Below, piece after piece: positions 1 through 9,460 of a stretch of DNA of 37,921 nucleotides. Position 1 is the stretch's first letter. Every line of letters begins with the position of its first letter. The notes beneath the pieces were generated by a model. It was given only the letters and a program-made list of their open reading frames with translations, did no database searches and was not told the origin of the DNA. The DNA comes from a virus (lineage: Duplodnaviria > Heunggongvirae > Uroviricota > Caudoviricetes): the IMG/VR virus record IMGVR_UViG_2734482770_000007. One strand, 5' to 3'. Position numbers and translations under genes: made by a program.

Positions 1-1053
1 TTACGGGGTAATGCCAACCGCTGCCGCCACTTTGTCGCCACTTGGCAGCGTTGCCAGAGGATTGAAACGGAGCGCCGTTTCTAGATGATCCGGTGCCAGA
101 TGTGCGTAACGCATAGTCATTTTTATATCGTGGTGTCCGAGAATTTTTTGTAAGGCCAGAATGTTTCCACCCGACATCATGAAGTGCGCCGCAAACGTAT
201 GGCGCAGAACGTGTGTGAGTTGACCGCGAGGGAGCACGATAGACGTTTTTTCCATCACGGATAAAAATTGAAAATAGCAGTCTGTGAAGAAATTGAACCC
301 ATCAAGCGCCATGATCTCTTCGTAAAGCTCTTTACTGATAGGGATGCTTCTGTTTTTCTTCCCCTTCGTTCTGACAAAGGTAATTCGGTATTTGGTCACC
401 TGTGAGCGGGTAAGATTTACGGCTTCACGCCAGCGTGCGCCTGTGCTTAAGCATATCTTAACTACCAGTGCCAGAATTGGGTCCTGACGTTTGCAATCAG
501 CCAGCAATTCAACAATCTGCTCATGGGTAAGCCATGCCATCTCTTTTTCTGCGATGGTGAATTTTCGCATGTTCTCCAGTGGGTTCGGATACGACCATTC
601 GCCCAGACGGGATAGTTCGCTAAAAACACTACTTAGATAGCTTTGCTCCAGGTTAATGGTGACCGGGCTTGCTCCTTTCTTCCATTTCTCGCTGAAGTAG
701 ATCTCGCCTGTCAGGCGTTTATCTCGATAGTGGGCAAACATTTTAGAGGTGAGATCGGTTGCAAGAGGATTGCCCAGAGCGTCAACCATCAACAGCAATT
801 TGTCATAGACATGCTGCCCAGCTGTCAGAGATTTACCATGTAGTTTGAACCATAGCTCAACCACGTCTTTCAGTGTTCGACGATCCACTGATTCACCCAG
901 CCAGGGCTTTGCTTCGGTTTCTTCCATCGTGTGGCGCTCAAAAGCCAGTGCTTCGCCTTTGGTGGCGAATTGTTTACGCACACGACGCCCACTTCGTCCG
1001 GCGGGGTAACATTCGCAAAGCCATTTCCCTGTGGTTAGTTTTCGTACTGCCAT
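1..1053 (-). CDS. int: Tyrosine integrase, P2/186 family
   Basis: 350-aa ORF ending at window edge; C-terminal catalytic region with R..HxxR..Y signature (LRHTFAAHF, HHDIKMTMRYAHL); sits next to a cI-type repressor as in P2/186 prophages. Confidence 0.9.
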   Translation of the reverse strand: MAVRKLTTGKWLCECYPAGRSGRRVRKQFATKGEALAFERHTMEETEAKPWLGESVDRRTLKDVVELWFKLHGKSLTAGQHVYDKLLLMVDALGNPLATDLTSKMFAHYRDKRLTGEIYFSEKWKKGASPVTINLEQSYLSSVFSELSRLGEWSYPNPLENMRKFTIAEKEMAWLTHEQIVELLADCKRQDPILALVVKICLSTGARWREAVNLTRSQVTKYRITFVRTKGKKNRSIPISKELYEEIMALDGFNFFTDCYFQFLSVMEKTSIVLPRGQLTHVLRHTFAAHFMMSGGNILALQKILGHHDIKMTMRYAHLAPDHLETALRFNPLATLPSGDKVAAAVGITP

Positions 1054-1077
1054 AAAAAGCCCTCATATCAGAGGGCT
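1054..1077 (-). terminator. Stem-loop with U-run on minus strand, between cargo gene and int start codon
   Basis: Inverted repeat agccctc / gagggct (1058-1064, 1071-1077) with 6-nt loop; minus-strand reading gives hairpin followed by TTTTT then the int ATG. Confidence 0.35.
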
Positions 1078-1135
1078 AAATTTAACTGTATATGTAACCA
1101 GTAATCAATGTGTGATTACTATGAAACATACATTG

Positions 1136-2812
1136 CTAAGCAACATGTAGTTCATCGTTGGCGGAAGTGGCTGCTTTGCGCTCCTGCTCAATAGCTAGAG
1201 ACTCTCTATATTCTTTCGCCTCTGCAAACATTGTCCAGTGGGCGTTGATGTTCATGTCTTCAATAACTGATTTGATTTCTTTTAAATTTACGTTAAAAAA
1301 CTCTTTTCGTGAGTTAATTTTATTGACCTGCTTTTCGTTGAAAACTTTATGCAGATGGTTTTCTAATGATGGTGCATCATCACTATAAATCATCGCATGA
1401 ACATCGAACGAAAAAGGAACACTAGCATCTCCGAGTTCACGAACACGATCAAGTGGTTCAAGGCGGCGTGTCATTCCAATTTTATATACATCTTCGCCAA
1501 ATGAACCAATATTACTAATGATATAGACGTGGCCTGATCTGGTTTGTTGAGCCATAGAAATAGCTCGTTGATTTTTAGCTTCAGCTTCTTCATATTTTAA
1601 CTGTAGTTCAGCTATTTTTTGCTCTAAAGCTAAGCGTTGTTCTTCATTTGCAAGCATAAGTTCTTTCGTTGCTTTATTTATAGCTTGCTGAATAGCTTTT
1701 TCTTCTTTTTCAGCTTCTTTTATCGCTTTTTCATATTCTCTACGAGCTCTTTCCTCTTCACGAAGCTGTTCTTTAATCCTTCTTTGCTCTTCTTTTTCTT
1801 CGAGCATAATTTCATTAACTGCTACACCCCATTTTAGCTCGTTGAGTCTTGCCTGAAGATAGATGTCACTTATTTTTGCGGACCTAAAGGCAGAGCCATT
1901 GTAATTTACTAGTTGAAATGCATCTTTTATTTCTTGGGAAAGTTTTCCAAAATTGTTGTGTTTGACTTTTGATAAAATACTGTCAACTCTTCCATTGAAG
2001 GCATCCAAAACAAAGTTTATGGCAGTATTACGCCTGTTTTGCTCAACATAATCACACGAAGCAGCTTTATTAGTTTTTATTAATGATTTGGTTAACTCTC
2101 TGGCTTTTTGTAATTCCTTGCCTGCATCTGTAAATTCATAATTTTCTGCCAGCTCATCAAGTACACTACGGTTAGGGATGATCCATTCATCACCATAACC
2201 TTCAATTTTATTTTTCATTGATTTTGCAACTGCTTCATATTTTTCTGCAAACTCTTTAGCTTCATATGCTGAACCAGCAATCTCCTTTGCTCTTTCTTCT
2301 GCATCAGAAATAATTTTTACTGCATTGTCATTAGCATTTGAGATTAGCTCATTTGCTTTATTATTAGCATTATCAAGACGTTCTTTGGCTTTCAGGCGTG
2401 CATCGCGAGCGTCTTTGGTGATTGCTATAGCTTCGCTATTAGCGTTGCTTATTGTCATCTGAGCTTGATAATTTGCTTCGTTTACTGTTTTAGCCGCCTT
2501 AATTTGGGCTTCATCTATTTTTTGCTTGGCTATTGAGTCCGCATTTTTTATCTTATTCTCTGCATCCATTACTGCGCTGTGCAATTCTTCGTATTGCCAC
2601 AATGGTGCTGCTCGCCCTTCAAGCTCTGATAATTCTCGTACGGTCTGTGCTAGTTTTTCTTGATTTTCAATCAGTTGGTTAGAAAGGGCTATGTTGTTAG
2701 CTGTCAGGTTATCTATAGCCGCTTTGTGTTTTTTACTTTGTTTAAATAATATTACAGCTAGAACAGGGGCGAGAAATGCTAATAAGAGTATAACGATGGC
2801 AAATGAATTCAT
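1136..2812 (-). CDS. Cargo (moron) protein: N-terminal transmembrane helix, long coiled coil, C-terminal T5orf172/GIY-YIG-like domain (DUF4041-type architecture)
   Basis: 558-aa ORF; N-terminus FAIVILLLAFLAPVLAVILF is hydrophobic; central region is Ala/Lys/Glu-rich heptad-like; C-terminus has GHVYIISN...YKIGMT resembling GIY-YIG/T5orf172 motifs. Visibly AT-rich versus backbone. Inserted between cI and int where 186/P2 have no gene. Confidence 0.6.
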   Translation of the reverse strand: MNSFAIVILLLAFLAPVLAVILFKQSKKHKAAIDNLTANNIALSNQLIENQEKLAQTVRELSELEGRAAPLWQYEELHSAVMDAENKIKNADSIAKQKIDEAQIKAAKTVNEANYQAQMTISNANSEAIAITKDARDARLKAKERLDNANNKANELISNANDNAVKIISDAEERAKEIAGSAYEAKEFAEKYEAVAKSMKNKIEGYGDEWIIPNRSVLDELAENYEFTDAGKELQKARELTKSLIKTNKAASCDYVEQNRRNTAINFVLDAFNGRVDSILSKVKHNNFGKLSQEIKDAFQLVNYNGSAFRSAKISDIYLQARLNELKWGVAVNEIMLEEKEEQRRIKEQLREEERARREYEKAIKEAEKEEKAIQQAINKATKELMLANEEQRLALEQKIAELQLKYEEAEAKNQRAISMAQQTRSGHVYIISNIGSFGEDVYKIGMTRRLEPLDRVRELGDASVPFSFDVHAMIYSDDAPSLENHLHKVFNEKQVNKINSRKEFFNVNLKEIKSVIEDMNINAHWTMFAEAKEYRESLAIEQERKAATSANDELHVA

Positions 2813-2832
2813 TTTAAAATCCTTTTACTATA

Positions 2833-3429
2833 TTAATTCGAGACTATTGTACTTCTTATACAAGCAACCACTTCAATATCAGAAAATGCACATTCAAAGC
2901 TATTCTCTGCTGTTGTAATTTTAATCATTCCTTTAGGAAGCCTTGTGATTTTTCGAATGGAATAGGTTCCGTCGATATTGATTAACCAGTTTCCATCAAG
3001 TACTTCAGAAAATTTTTGATCACAAATGTATGTGACGAGTCCATCCTGAACAACAATTGGTGATGAAAGGTTTGCAGGAAGAAATGATGAATCGAAGACA
3101 TATGAACCGTCTTCAATCATTTTGCCTGCGGCAAGGCGAAACTTAACAAGCTCTTCTGTAGCTGCTGTCAGCGAGCTTTGCTTAAGGCCTTGTCCGGTAG
3201 TTAACCATTTGAGGGAGGTTCCTGTTTCAAGAGCACATTGGATTATCCAGTCAGCAGGAAATGTATCCCGCAAATACCTGTTCGCTAGTGTGCTTTTTGA
3301 TACTTCCAAGTGATCAGCTAAAGCCTGTCGTGTCGTAAAGCCATAGGCTTCGACTAATCGCTCAATCGCAGCCTTACCACCTTTATTGGGATTTATTTTG
3401 ATCTCACTTGGGTACTTTGATGTTGACAT
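2833..3429 (-). CDS. cI: CI-type immunity repressor (186 CI-like, two-domain)
   Basis: 198-aa ORF, same strand and directly upstream of int operon, divergent from apl/cII; size matches 186 CI (about 192 aa) not the small P2 C; N-terminal HTH-like region. Confidence 0.8.
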   Translation of the reverse strand: MSTSKYPSEIKINPNKGGKAAIERLVEAYGFTTRQALADHLEVSKSTLANRYLRDTFPADWIIQCALETGTSLKWLTTGQGLKQSSLTAATEELVKFRLAAGKMIEDGSYVFDSSFLPANLSSPIVVQDGLVTYICDQKFSEVLDGNWLINIDGTYSIRKITRLPKGMIKITTAENSFECAFSDIEVVACIRSTIVSN

Positions 3430-3451
3430 ATCTCTTTTGCGATCCTAGTAT
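3423..3451 (+). promoter_or_regulatory. Putative lytic promoter pR (TTGACA-17 nt-TAGTAT)
   Basis: Consensus -35 TTGACA at 3423-3428, 17-nt spacer, -10 TAGTAT at 3446-3451, pointing toward apl/cII; overlaps the cI start codon region. Confidence 0.5.
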
Positions 3452-3458
3452 CAGTTTT

Positions 3459-3474
3459 GTACCCAATTGGGTAC
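3459..3474. promoter_or_regulatory. Perfect 16-bp palindrome GTACCCAATTGGGTAC, candidate repressor operator at pR start site
   Basis: Exact inverted repeat read directly; located just downstream of the predicted -10, where a repressor would occlude initiation. Confidence 0.45.
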
Positions 3475-3524
3475 TTGTCACGATTACTACAGGCTCACCA
3501 CAAGCCAATAGGAGATGTTGCATC

Positions 3525-3746
3525 ATGACCCCTAACATTTCAATAACTCTGAATACGCCACACGTCACAATCGAGCGTTATAGCGAACTTACTGGTCTTT
3601 CAATCGACACAATCAACGATATGTTGGCGGATGGTCGCATTCCTCGGCATCGTCTTCGTAAAGACAAGAAAAGAGAAAAGGTAATGATCAACCTTGCTGC
3701 TCTTACCGTTGATGCACTTACTGATTGCAATGTTGTATTCAACTAG
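3525..3746 (+). CDS. apl: Apl/Cox-like excisionase and transcriptional regulator (small HTH protein)
   Basis: 73-aa ORF from ATG 3525 preceded by AGGAGA; sequence [26 protein letters not shown] is a winged-HTH excisionase-like motif; first gene of the rightward early operon, followed by cII as in 186. Confidence 0.6.
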   Translation: MTPNISITLNTPHVTIERYSELTGLSIDTINDMLADGRIPRHRLRKDKKREKVMINLAALTVDALTDCNVVFN

Positions 3747-3778
3747 TTCCATTTTGGGATACATCAGAGGTGTCGACC

Positions 3779-4288
3779 ATGTTTGATTACCAAGTTTCCA
3801 AACATCCACATTTTGATGAAGCCTGTCGTGCATTCGCACTGCGCCACAATCTGGTGCAACTGGCAGAACGTGCGGGCATGAATGTGCAGATTCTGCGGAA
3901 CAAGCTGAACCCAGCTCAACCTCATTTATTAACCGCACCAGAAATCTGGCTGCTTACCGATCTGACTGAAGATTCAACGTTGGTAGATGGTTTTCTGGCA
4001 CAGATTCATTGTCTGCCATGTGTACCGATTAATGAGGTAGCAAAAGAGAAACTGCCGCATTACGTCATGAGCGCAACTGCAGAGATCGGGCGTGTTGCAG
4101 CAGGTGCGGTATCTGGTGATGTAAAAACTAGTGCCGGTCGTCGTGATGCTATCAGCAGCATTAACTCTGTAACACGACTGATGGCTCTGGCTGCTGTTTC
4201 ATTGCAAGCCCGTTTACAGGCTAATCCTGCGATGGCGAGTGCAGTTGATACCATGACTGGCCTTGGTGCTTCATTCGGTTTGCTGTGA
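3779..4288 (+). CDS. cII: CII lysogeny-establishment activator (phage 186 CII-like)
   Basis: 169-aa product from ATG 3779 ([24 protein letters not shown]...GASFGLL); near-identical in length and strongly resembles 186 CII as I recall it. Confidence 0.8.
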   Translation: MFDYQVSKHPHFDEACRAFALRHNLVQLAERAGMNVQILRNKLNPAQPHLLTAPEIWLLTDLTEDSTLVDGFLAQIHCLPCVPINEVAKEKLPHYVMSATAEIGRVAAGAVSGDVKTSAGRRDAISSINSVTRLMALAAVSLQARLQANPAMASAVDTMTGLGASFGLL

Positions 4289-4295
4289 GGTGTTT

Positions 4296-4592
4296 ATGCT
4301 GACGAAAGAACCATCATTTGCATCGCTGCTGGTAAAACAAAGCCCGGCAATGCACTACGGTCACGGCTGGATCACGGGTGAGGATGGAAAACGCTGGCAT
4401 CCATGTCATTCACAAGATGAATTGCTGTCTGAATTGACCACGAGGAAACGGAGAAAGTCCAAATGTATGCGGCAGAAAGTGAAGTGGTTTATCAGTTTCG
4501 TTACAGAGGGGAGAGTTATTCAGTACCTGAAGGTGATTTGCTCTGTTGCTATCCGTCATTGTCGGGCGATGGCAGTTACTTTTTCACGTTAA
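4296..4592 (+). CDS. Hypothetical early protein (possibly real only to about 4465; 3' part overlaps next ORF)
   Basis: ATG 4296 with upstream TGAGG; ORF overlaps 4463..4687 by about 130 nt in a different frame; C-terminal part looks like read-through. Confidence 0.3.
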   Translation: MLTKEPSFASLLVKQSPAMHYGHGWITGEDGKRWHPCHSQDELLSELTTRKRRKSKCMRQKVKWFISFVTEGRVIQYLKVICSVAIRHCRAMAVTFSR

Positions 4593-4687
4593 AGGATGGG
4601 ACGTTTTTACGGGGAGAGCAGGTTAAAGAGACGATACGAAAAAATGTATCTCCTCTTGAGCGTTACCGTAAGAACAAAGAACGATAG
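4463..4687 (+). CDS. Hypothetical early protein
   Basis: 74-aa ORF with GGAGAAAG Shine-Dalgarno about 8 nt upstream of ATG 4463. Confidence 0.4.
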   Translation: MYAAESEVVYQFRYRGESYSVPEGDLLCCYPSLSGDGSYFFTLKDGTFLRGEQVKETIRKNVSPLERYRKNKER

Positions 4688-4709
4688 CTGCGTTTGGGGG
4701 ATATGAAGT

Positions 4710-5051
4710 ATGGCAATTAATGGCGCTGCAGCAACTGTTCCATTAAGCCCCGGTGAACGCCTGAATGGACTTAATCACATTGCGGAGTTAAGGGCGAAAG
4801 TTTTTGGCCTGAATATTGAGTCAGAGCTTGAGCGGTTTATTAAAGATATGCGTGATCCACGGGATATCAATAATGAACAAAATAAACGGGCACTGGCTGC
4901 CATATTCTTTATGGCAAAAATTCCAGCTGAACGTCATAGCATCAGCATTAATGAGCTGACCACTGACGAAAAGCGGGAGCTGATTAAAGCAATGAATCAT
5001 TTTCGTGCAGTGGTGAGCTTATTTCCCAGACGGCTAACCATGCCGAATTAA
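4710..5051 (+). CDS. Hypothetical early protein
   Basis: 113-aa ORF, GGGGGA upstream of ATG; same strand and spacing as early operon. Confidence 0.5.
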   Translation: MAINGAAATVPLSPGERLNGLNHIAELRAKVFGLNIESELERFIKDMRDPRDINNEQNKRALAAIFFMAKIPAERHSISINELTTDEKRELIKAMNHFRAVVSLFPRRLTMPN

Positions 5052-5118
5052 CCAACTAATGAAATTAATGGCGTAAACCCGCCGGGCATCCCTTTATCTA
5101 AATTCAGGAGAATTGATT

Positions 5119-5352
5119 ATGCGTAATATTGAAACCCTCACGACTAAAACCGGACCGGATGACGCAGGGCTTAATATTTTACTGACAGAGGCTCGTCTGG
5201 AAGAACGCCGGGCAAGGGCTGAAGCAATGGCTGCTCGCCTTGATAGCCTGGCGTGTCATATCTCATCCCGCCAGCTAAACCACGTGGAAGCGGCAGAACT
5301 GCTGCGCGTGACTGCTGAAGCAATCCAGAACGAAGCGCAGGAGATCCACTAA
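5119..5352 (+). CDS. Hypothetical early protein
   Basis: ATG 5119 preceded by AGGAG (5106-5110); stop overlaps next start (TAATG). Confidence 0.5.
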   Translation: MRNIETLTTKTGPDDAGLNILLTEARLEERRARAEAMAARLDSLACHISSRQLNHVEAAELLRVTAEAIQNEAQEIH

Positions 5353-5579
5353 TGGCTGATGCAATGGATCTCGTACAGCAGCGCGTTGAAGAAGAACGCC
5401 AGCGCCATATCCGTGCAGCCCGTGCCAAATCACCGGGCGTGTCACGCGTACTTTGCATTGAATGTGAAGCGCCAATTCCGCCAGCACGACGCCGCGCCAT
5501 TCCGGGAGTGCAGCTTTGCATTACCTGTCAGGAAATCGCAGAACTGAAAGGCAAACATTACAACGGAGGTGCTGTATGA
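5352..5579 (+). CDS. TraR/DksA-family C4 zinc-finger protein
   Basis: 75-aa ORF with CIECEAPIP...CITCQ (Cys-x2-Cys ... Cys-x2-Cys); start overlaps upstream stop and stop overlaps dam start (ATGA). Confidence 0.6.
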   Translation: MADAMDLVQQRVEEERQRHIRAARAKSPGVSRVLCIECEAPIPPARRRAIPGVQLCITCQEIAELKGKHYNGGAV

Positions 5580-6433
5580 GCACCATCCTGAAATGGGCGG
5601 GAAATAAAACCGCCATTATGCCAGAACTGAAAAAATACCTTCCTGCTGGCCCGCGACTGGTTGAACCTTTCGCGGGTTCCTGTGCTGTGATGATGGAAAC
5701 GGATTATCCCAGCTATCTGGTTGCGGATATTAATCCTGATTTAATCAACCTCTATAAAAAGGTTGCCGCTGATTGTGAATCGTTTATATCTCGCGCCAGA
5801 GTTTTATTTGAGATCGCAAACAGGGAGGTGGCTTATTACAACATAAGGCAGGAGTTTAACTGCTCAACTGAAATTACTGATTTCATGAAAGCGGTATATT
5901 TCCTGTATCTCAATCGTCACGGTTACCGTGGTTTATGTCGCTATAACAAGAGCGGGCATTTCAACATTCCCTACGGTAATTATAAAAATCCGTATTTCCC
6001 TGAAAAAGAACTTCGCACATTTGCAGAAAAAGCCCAGCGAGCAACGTTTATCTGCGCCAGCTTTGATGAAACGCTGGCGATGTTGAAGGCGGGAGATGTG
6101 GTGTATTGCGATCCGCCATATGACGGTACGTTTTCCGGCTATCACACTGATGGTTTCACTGAAGATGACCAGTATCACCTGGCATCCGTTCTTGAACATC
6201 GGTCATCAGAAGGACATCCGGTCATTGTTTCTAACAGTGACACATCCCTGATCCGTTCGCTGTATCGCAATTTTACTCACCACTATATCAAGGTAAAACG
6301 CAGCATCGGTGTGGCAGCTGGCGAGGGTAAATCAGCAACAGAAATCATTGCTGTTTCCGGGCCGCGCTGCTGGATGGGATTTGATTATTCGCGTGGCGTG
6401 GATAGTTCTGCCGTGTACGGAGTACGTGCATGA
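5576..6433 (+). CDS. dam: DNA adenine methyltransferase (Dam family, orphan)
   Basis: N-terminus ILKWAGNK...LVEPFAGS (AdoMet motif I) and catalytic DPPY (CDPPYDG) read directly; GGAGGT upstream of ATG 5576; no restriction endonuclease gene adjacent. Confidence 0.85.
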   Translation: MSTILKWAGNKTAIMPELKKYLPAGPRLVEPFAGSCAVMMETDYPSYLVADINPDLINLYKKVAADCESFISRARVLFEIANREVAYYNIRQEFNCSTEITDFMKAVYFLYLNRHGYRGLCRYNKSGHFNIPYGNYKNPYFPEKELRTFAEKAQRATFICASFDETLAMLKAGDVVYCDPPYDGTFSGYHTDGFTEDDQYHLASVLEHRSSEGHPVIVSNSDTSLIRSLYRNFTHHYIKVKRSIGVAAGEGKSATEIIAVSGPRCWMGFDYSRGVDSSAVYGVRA

Positions 6434-8844
6434 GTCATGCCGATATGAACAACTGCTGCGGCTTTAACGAGGCTGCCGCAGCATTCTCATGGAACAGCCC
6501 GAAAAAGGCCATTAACCCTTATCTGGACCCGGCGGAAGTTGCGCCGGTTTCTACGCTTTCAAACCTGATCACTCTGTACGCTGCCGATAACGAGCAGGAA
6601 CAGTTGCGCCGCGAGGCACTGAGTGATCAGGTCTGGGAGCGTTATTTCTTTAATGAATCACGTGATCCTGTCCAGCGCGAAATGGAGCAGGATAAGCTCA
6701 TTAGCCGGGCAAAGCTGGCGCATGAGCAGCAGCGTTTTAATTCAGACATGGTCATTCTGGCGGACGTCAACGCCCAGCCTTCCCATATCAGCAAGCCGCT
6801 GATGCAACGTATTGAATACTTCAGCAGCCTGGGCAGGCCAAAGGCTTATTCCCGCTATTTACGTGAGACGATTAAGCCATGTCTGGAACGACTGGAGCAT
6901 GTACGCGACAGTCAGCTATCTGCATCTTTTCGCTTTATGGCAAGCCATGAAGGGCTGGACGGCCTGCTGATCCTGCCTGAAATGAGTCAGGATCAGGTGA
7001 AACGCCTGTCCACCTTGGTAGCTGCGCATATGAGTATGTGCCTTGATGCAGCTTGTGGTGATTTGTATGCCACCGATGACGTTAAGCCAGAAGAAATCCG
7101 CAAGACATGGGAAAAGGTGGCAGCGGAAACCCTGCGTCTGGATGTCATCCCACCTGCGTTTGAGCAACTCCGTCGGAAAAGAAACCGCCGTAAACCCGTG
7201 CCGTATGAACTCATTCCGGGTTCGCTGGCGCGTATGTTGTGCGCCGACTGGTGGTATCGGAAATTATGGAAGATGCGTTGCGAATGGCGGGAAGAGCAGT
7301 TGCGCGCTGTTTGCCTGGTCAGCAAAAAAGCATCTCCTTATGTCAGCTATGAAGCCGTGATGCATAAACGTGAGCAGCGCCGTAAGTCGCTGGAGTTTTT
7401 CCGTTCTCATGAACTGGTGAACGAAGACGGCGACACGCTGGACATGGAGGATGTGGTAAACGCCAGCAGCAGCAACCCTGCGCATCGCCGCAATGAGATG
7501 ATGGCCTGTGTTAAAGGTCTGGAGCTTATCGCGGAAATGCGCGGTGACTGCGCCGTTTTCTACACTATCACCTGTCCGTCGCGTTTCCATTCCACGCTAA
7601 ATAACGGCAGACCAAACCCGACCTGGACAAACGCGACGGTAAGACAAAGCAGCGATTATCTGGTCGGCATGTTTGCTGCATTTCGTAAGGCGATGCACAA
7701 AGCCGGGTTGCGCTGGTATGGCGTGCGGGTGGCTGAGCCGCATCATGATGGCACAGTTCACTGGCACCTGTTGTGTTTCATGCGCAAAAAAGACCGCCGT
7801 GCCATCACTGCATTACTGCGTAAGTTTGCCATCCGTGAAGACCGCGAGGAGCTGGGCAATAACACTGGGCCGCGCTTTAAGTCTGAGTTGATTAACCCGC
7901 GCAAAGGAACGCCGACAAGCTACATCGCGAAATATATCAGTAAGAACATTGACGGTCGTGGTCTGGCTGGCGAGATCAGCAAGGAAACGGGTAAATCTCT
8001 GCGTGATAACGCTGAATACGTGAATGCCTGGGCGTCTCTGCATCGTGTTCAGCAATTCCGCTTCTTTGGTATTCCGGGGCGTCAGGCTTACCGTGAACTT
8101 CGCTTGCTGGCTGGTCAGGCGGCAAGGCAACAGGGTGACAAAAAAGCAGGTGCGCCGGTACTGGATAACCCGCGTCTTGATGCCATTCTGGCTGCTGCTG
8201 ATGCTGGTTGTTTTGCCACCTACATCATGAAGCAGGGCGGCGTACTGGTTCCCCGTAAATATCACCTCATCAGAACCGCTTATGAAATCAACGAAGAGCC
8301 GACCGCCTATGGCGATCACGGCATTCGTATTTATGGCATCTGGTCACCCATTGCAGAGGGCAAGATCTGCACTCATGCAGTGAAGTGGAAAATGGTTCGT
8401 AAAGCCGTTGACGTTCAGGAGGCGGCAGCCGACCAGGGCGCTTGCGCCCCTTGGACTCGTGGCAATAACTGTCCCCTTGCTGAAAATTTGTACCAACAAG
8501 GGAAAGACAAATCAGCTGATGGGGATACCAGAACGGATATCACCCGCATGGATGACAAGGAATTGCACGATTACCTGCACAGTATGAACAAAAAAGAGCG
8601 TCGGGAACTGGCTGCAAGGTTACGCCTGGTGAAACCGAAACGGCGTAGAGACTACAAACAGCGAATTACAGATCATCAGCGACAGCAGCTCGTCTATGAA
8701 CTGAAGTCCAGAGGATTTGATGGCAGCGAGAAAGAGGTCGATTTACTCCTTCGCGGCGGCAGCATTCCGTCAGGAGCAGGCCTGCGTATTTTCTATCGGA
8801 ACCAGCGTTTGCAGGAAGATGATAAGTGGCGGAACCTGTATTAA
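6430..8844 (+). CDS. A: Rolling-circle replication initiator (P2/186 gene A family)
   Basis: 804-aa ORF with metal-binding motif [11 protein letters not shown] (HUH-type) and Tyr-containing YIAKYISKN region; start overlaps dam stop (ATGA). Confidence 0.9.
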   Translation: MSHADMNNCCGFNEAAAAFSWNSPKKAINPYLDPAEVAPVSTLSNLITLYAADNEQEQLRREALSDQVWERYFFNESRDPVQREMEQDKLISRAKLAHEQQRFNSDMVILADVNAQPSHISKPLMQRIEYFSSLGRPKAYSRYLRETIKPCLERLEHVRDSQLSASFRFMASHEGLDGLLILPEMSQDQVKRLSTLVAAHMSMCLDAACGDLYATDDVKPEEIRKTWEKVAAETLRLDVIPPAFEQLRRKRNRRKPVPYELIPGSLARMLCADWWYRKLWKMRCEWREEQLRAVCLVSKKASPYVSYEAVMHKREQRRKSLEFFRSHELVNEDGDTLDMEDVVNASSSNPAHRRNEMMACVKGLELIAEMRGDCAVFYTITCPSRFHSTLNNGRPNPTWTNATVRQSSDYLVGMFAAFRKAMHKAGLRWYGVRVAEPHHDGTVHWHLLCFMRKKDRRAITALLRKFAIREDREELGNNTGPRFKSELINPRKGTPTSYIAKYISKNIDGRGLAGEISKETGKSLRDNAEYVNAWASLHRVQQFRFFGIPGRQAYRELRLLAGQAARQQGDKKAGAPVLDNPRLDAILAAADAGCFATYIMKQGGVLVPRKYHLIRTAYEINEEPTAYGDHGIRIYGIWSPIAEGKICTHAVKWKMVRKAVDVQEAAADQGACAPWTRGNNCPLAENLYQQGKDKSADGDTRTDITRMDDKELHDYLHSMNKKERRELAARLRLVKPKRRRDYKQRITDHQRQQLVYELKSRGFDGSEKEVDLLLRGGSIPSGAGLRIFYRNQRLQEDDKWRNLY

Positions 8845-8938
8845 TTACGCGGGTTAACAATTCGTGCTCTTAATAATACCAGGTATATCAGGCTGATGAA
8901 CGTAAAAAAACGTTTTACATCAGTAAGATTATTATATA

Positions 8939-8954
8939 CTGTAAATATAAACAG
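8939..8954. promoter_or_regulatory. LexA (SOS) box CTGT-N8-ACAG
   Basis: TACTGTAAATATAAACAGTG read directly; close match to LexA consensus TACTGT(AT)4ACAGTA; 44 bp upstream of ATG 8998. Confidence 0.6.
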
Positions 8955-8997
8955 TGGTTATGCATACAGTATTGCTTGTGGTGTCATAGGAGGAAAG

Positions 8998-9186
8998 ATG
9001 CAGGACTATTTTTTGGAGTCTTTGAAGCTCCAGCGCATTGATTTTTTTCTTAAGCTTGTAGCGGCTAGTGAGTGTAGTGATGAAGAGAAGGGGCTGGCCC
9101 TGCAGTGGGTTTCTGAACTGACAGATGAACTCATGGCAAAAATCAGAACCCACGAATACAACCGCTCAATGGATGTCATCAGCTGA
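8998..9186 (+). CDS. Small SOS-controlled protein, possibly Tum antirepressor N-terminal module
   Basis: 62-aa ORF from ATG 8998 with AGGAGG Shine-Dalgarno; directly downstream of LexA box; position matches 186 tum. Confidence 0.45.
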   Translation: MQDYFLESLKLQRIDFFLKLVAASECSDEEKGLALQWVSELTDELMAKIRTHEYNRSMDVIS

Positions 9187-9196
9187 GGTGACTTTT

Positions 9197-9430
9197 ATGC
9201 GCATTGAAATAATGATCGATAAAGAGCAGAAGATTAGCCAGTCTACCCTGGACGCCCTTGAATCCGAGCTTTACCGCAATCTGCGCCCCCTGTATCCCAA
9301 AACGGTAATTCGCATTCGCAAAGGTAGCTCTAACGGTGTGGAACTGACCGGACTGCAACTGGACGAAGAAAGGAAGCAAGTGATGAAAATTATGCAGAAG
9401 GTGTGGGAAGACGACAGCTGGCTGCATTAA
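9197..9430 (+). CDS. DinI-like protein
   Basis: 77-aa product MRIEIMIDK...DALESEL...WEDDSWLH aligns by eye with E. coli DinI (MRIEVTIAK...DALAGEL...WESADDW); GAGGTG upstream of ATG 9197. Confidence 0.75.
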   Translation: MRIEIMIDKEQKISQSTLDALESELYRNLRPLYPKTVIRIRKGSSNGVELTGLQLDEERKQVMKIMQKVWEDDSWLH

Positions 9431-9460
9431 GAAACGTTGCCCCCAAGAGGATTCATTCTG

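Noticed and set aside
3475-3515. Leftward lysogenic promoter pL facing pR
   Set aside because: Candidate -35 and -10 hexamers on the minus strand have poor spacing (about 14 nt); expected from 186 biology but not supportable from this sequence, so not annotated.
5516-5575. Longer Dam start at 5516 from the ORF track
   Set aside because: No ribosome-binding site and it overlaps the upstream gene; ATG 5576 has GGAGGT and matches the Dam N-terminus. The same reasoning moved the starts of L (17710 to 17773), lysA (19082 to 19154), V (22116 to 22137), J (23019 to 23058) and ogr (34815 to 34848).
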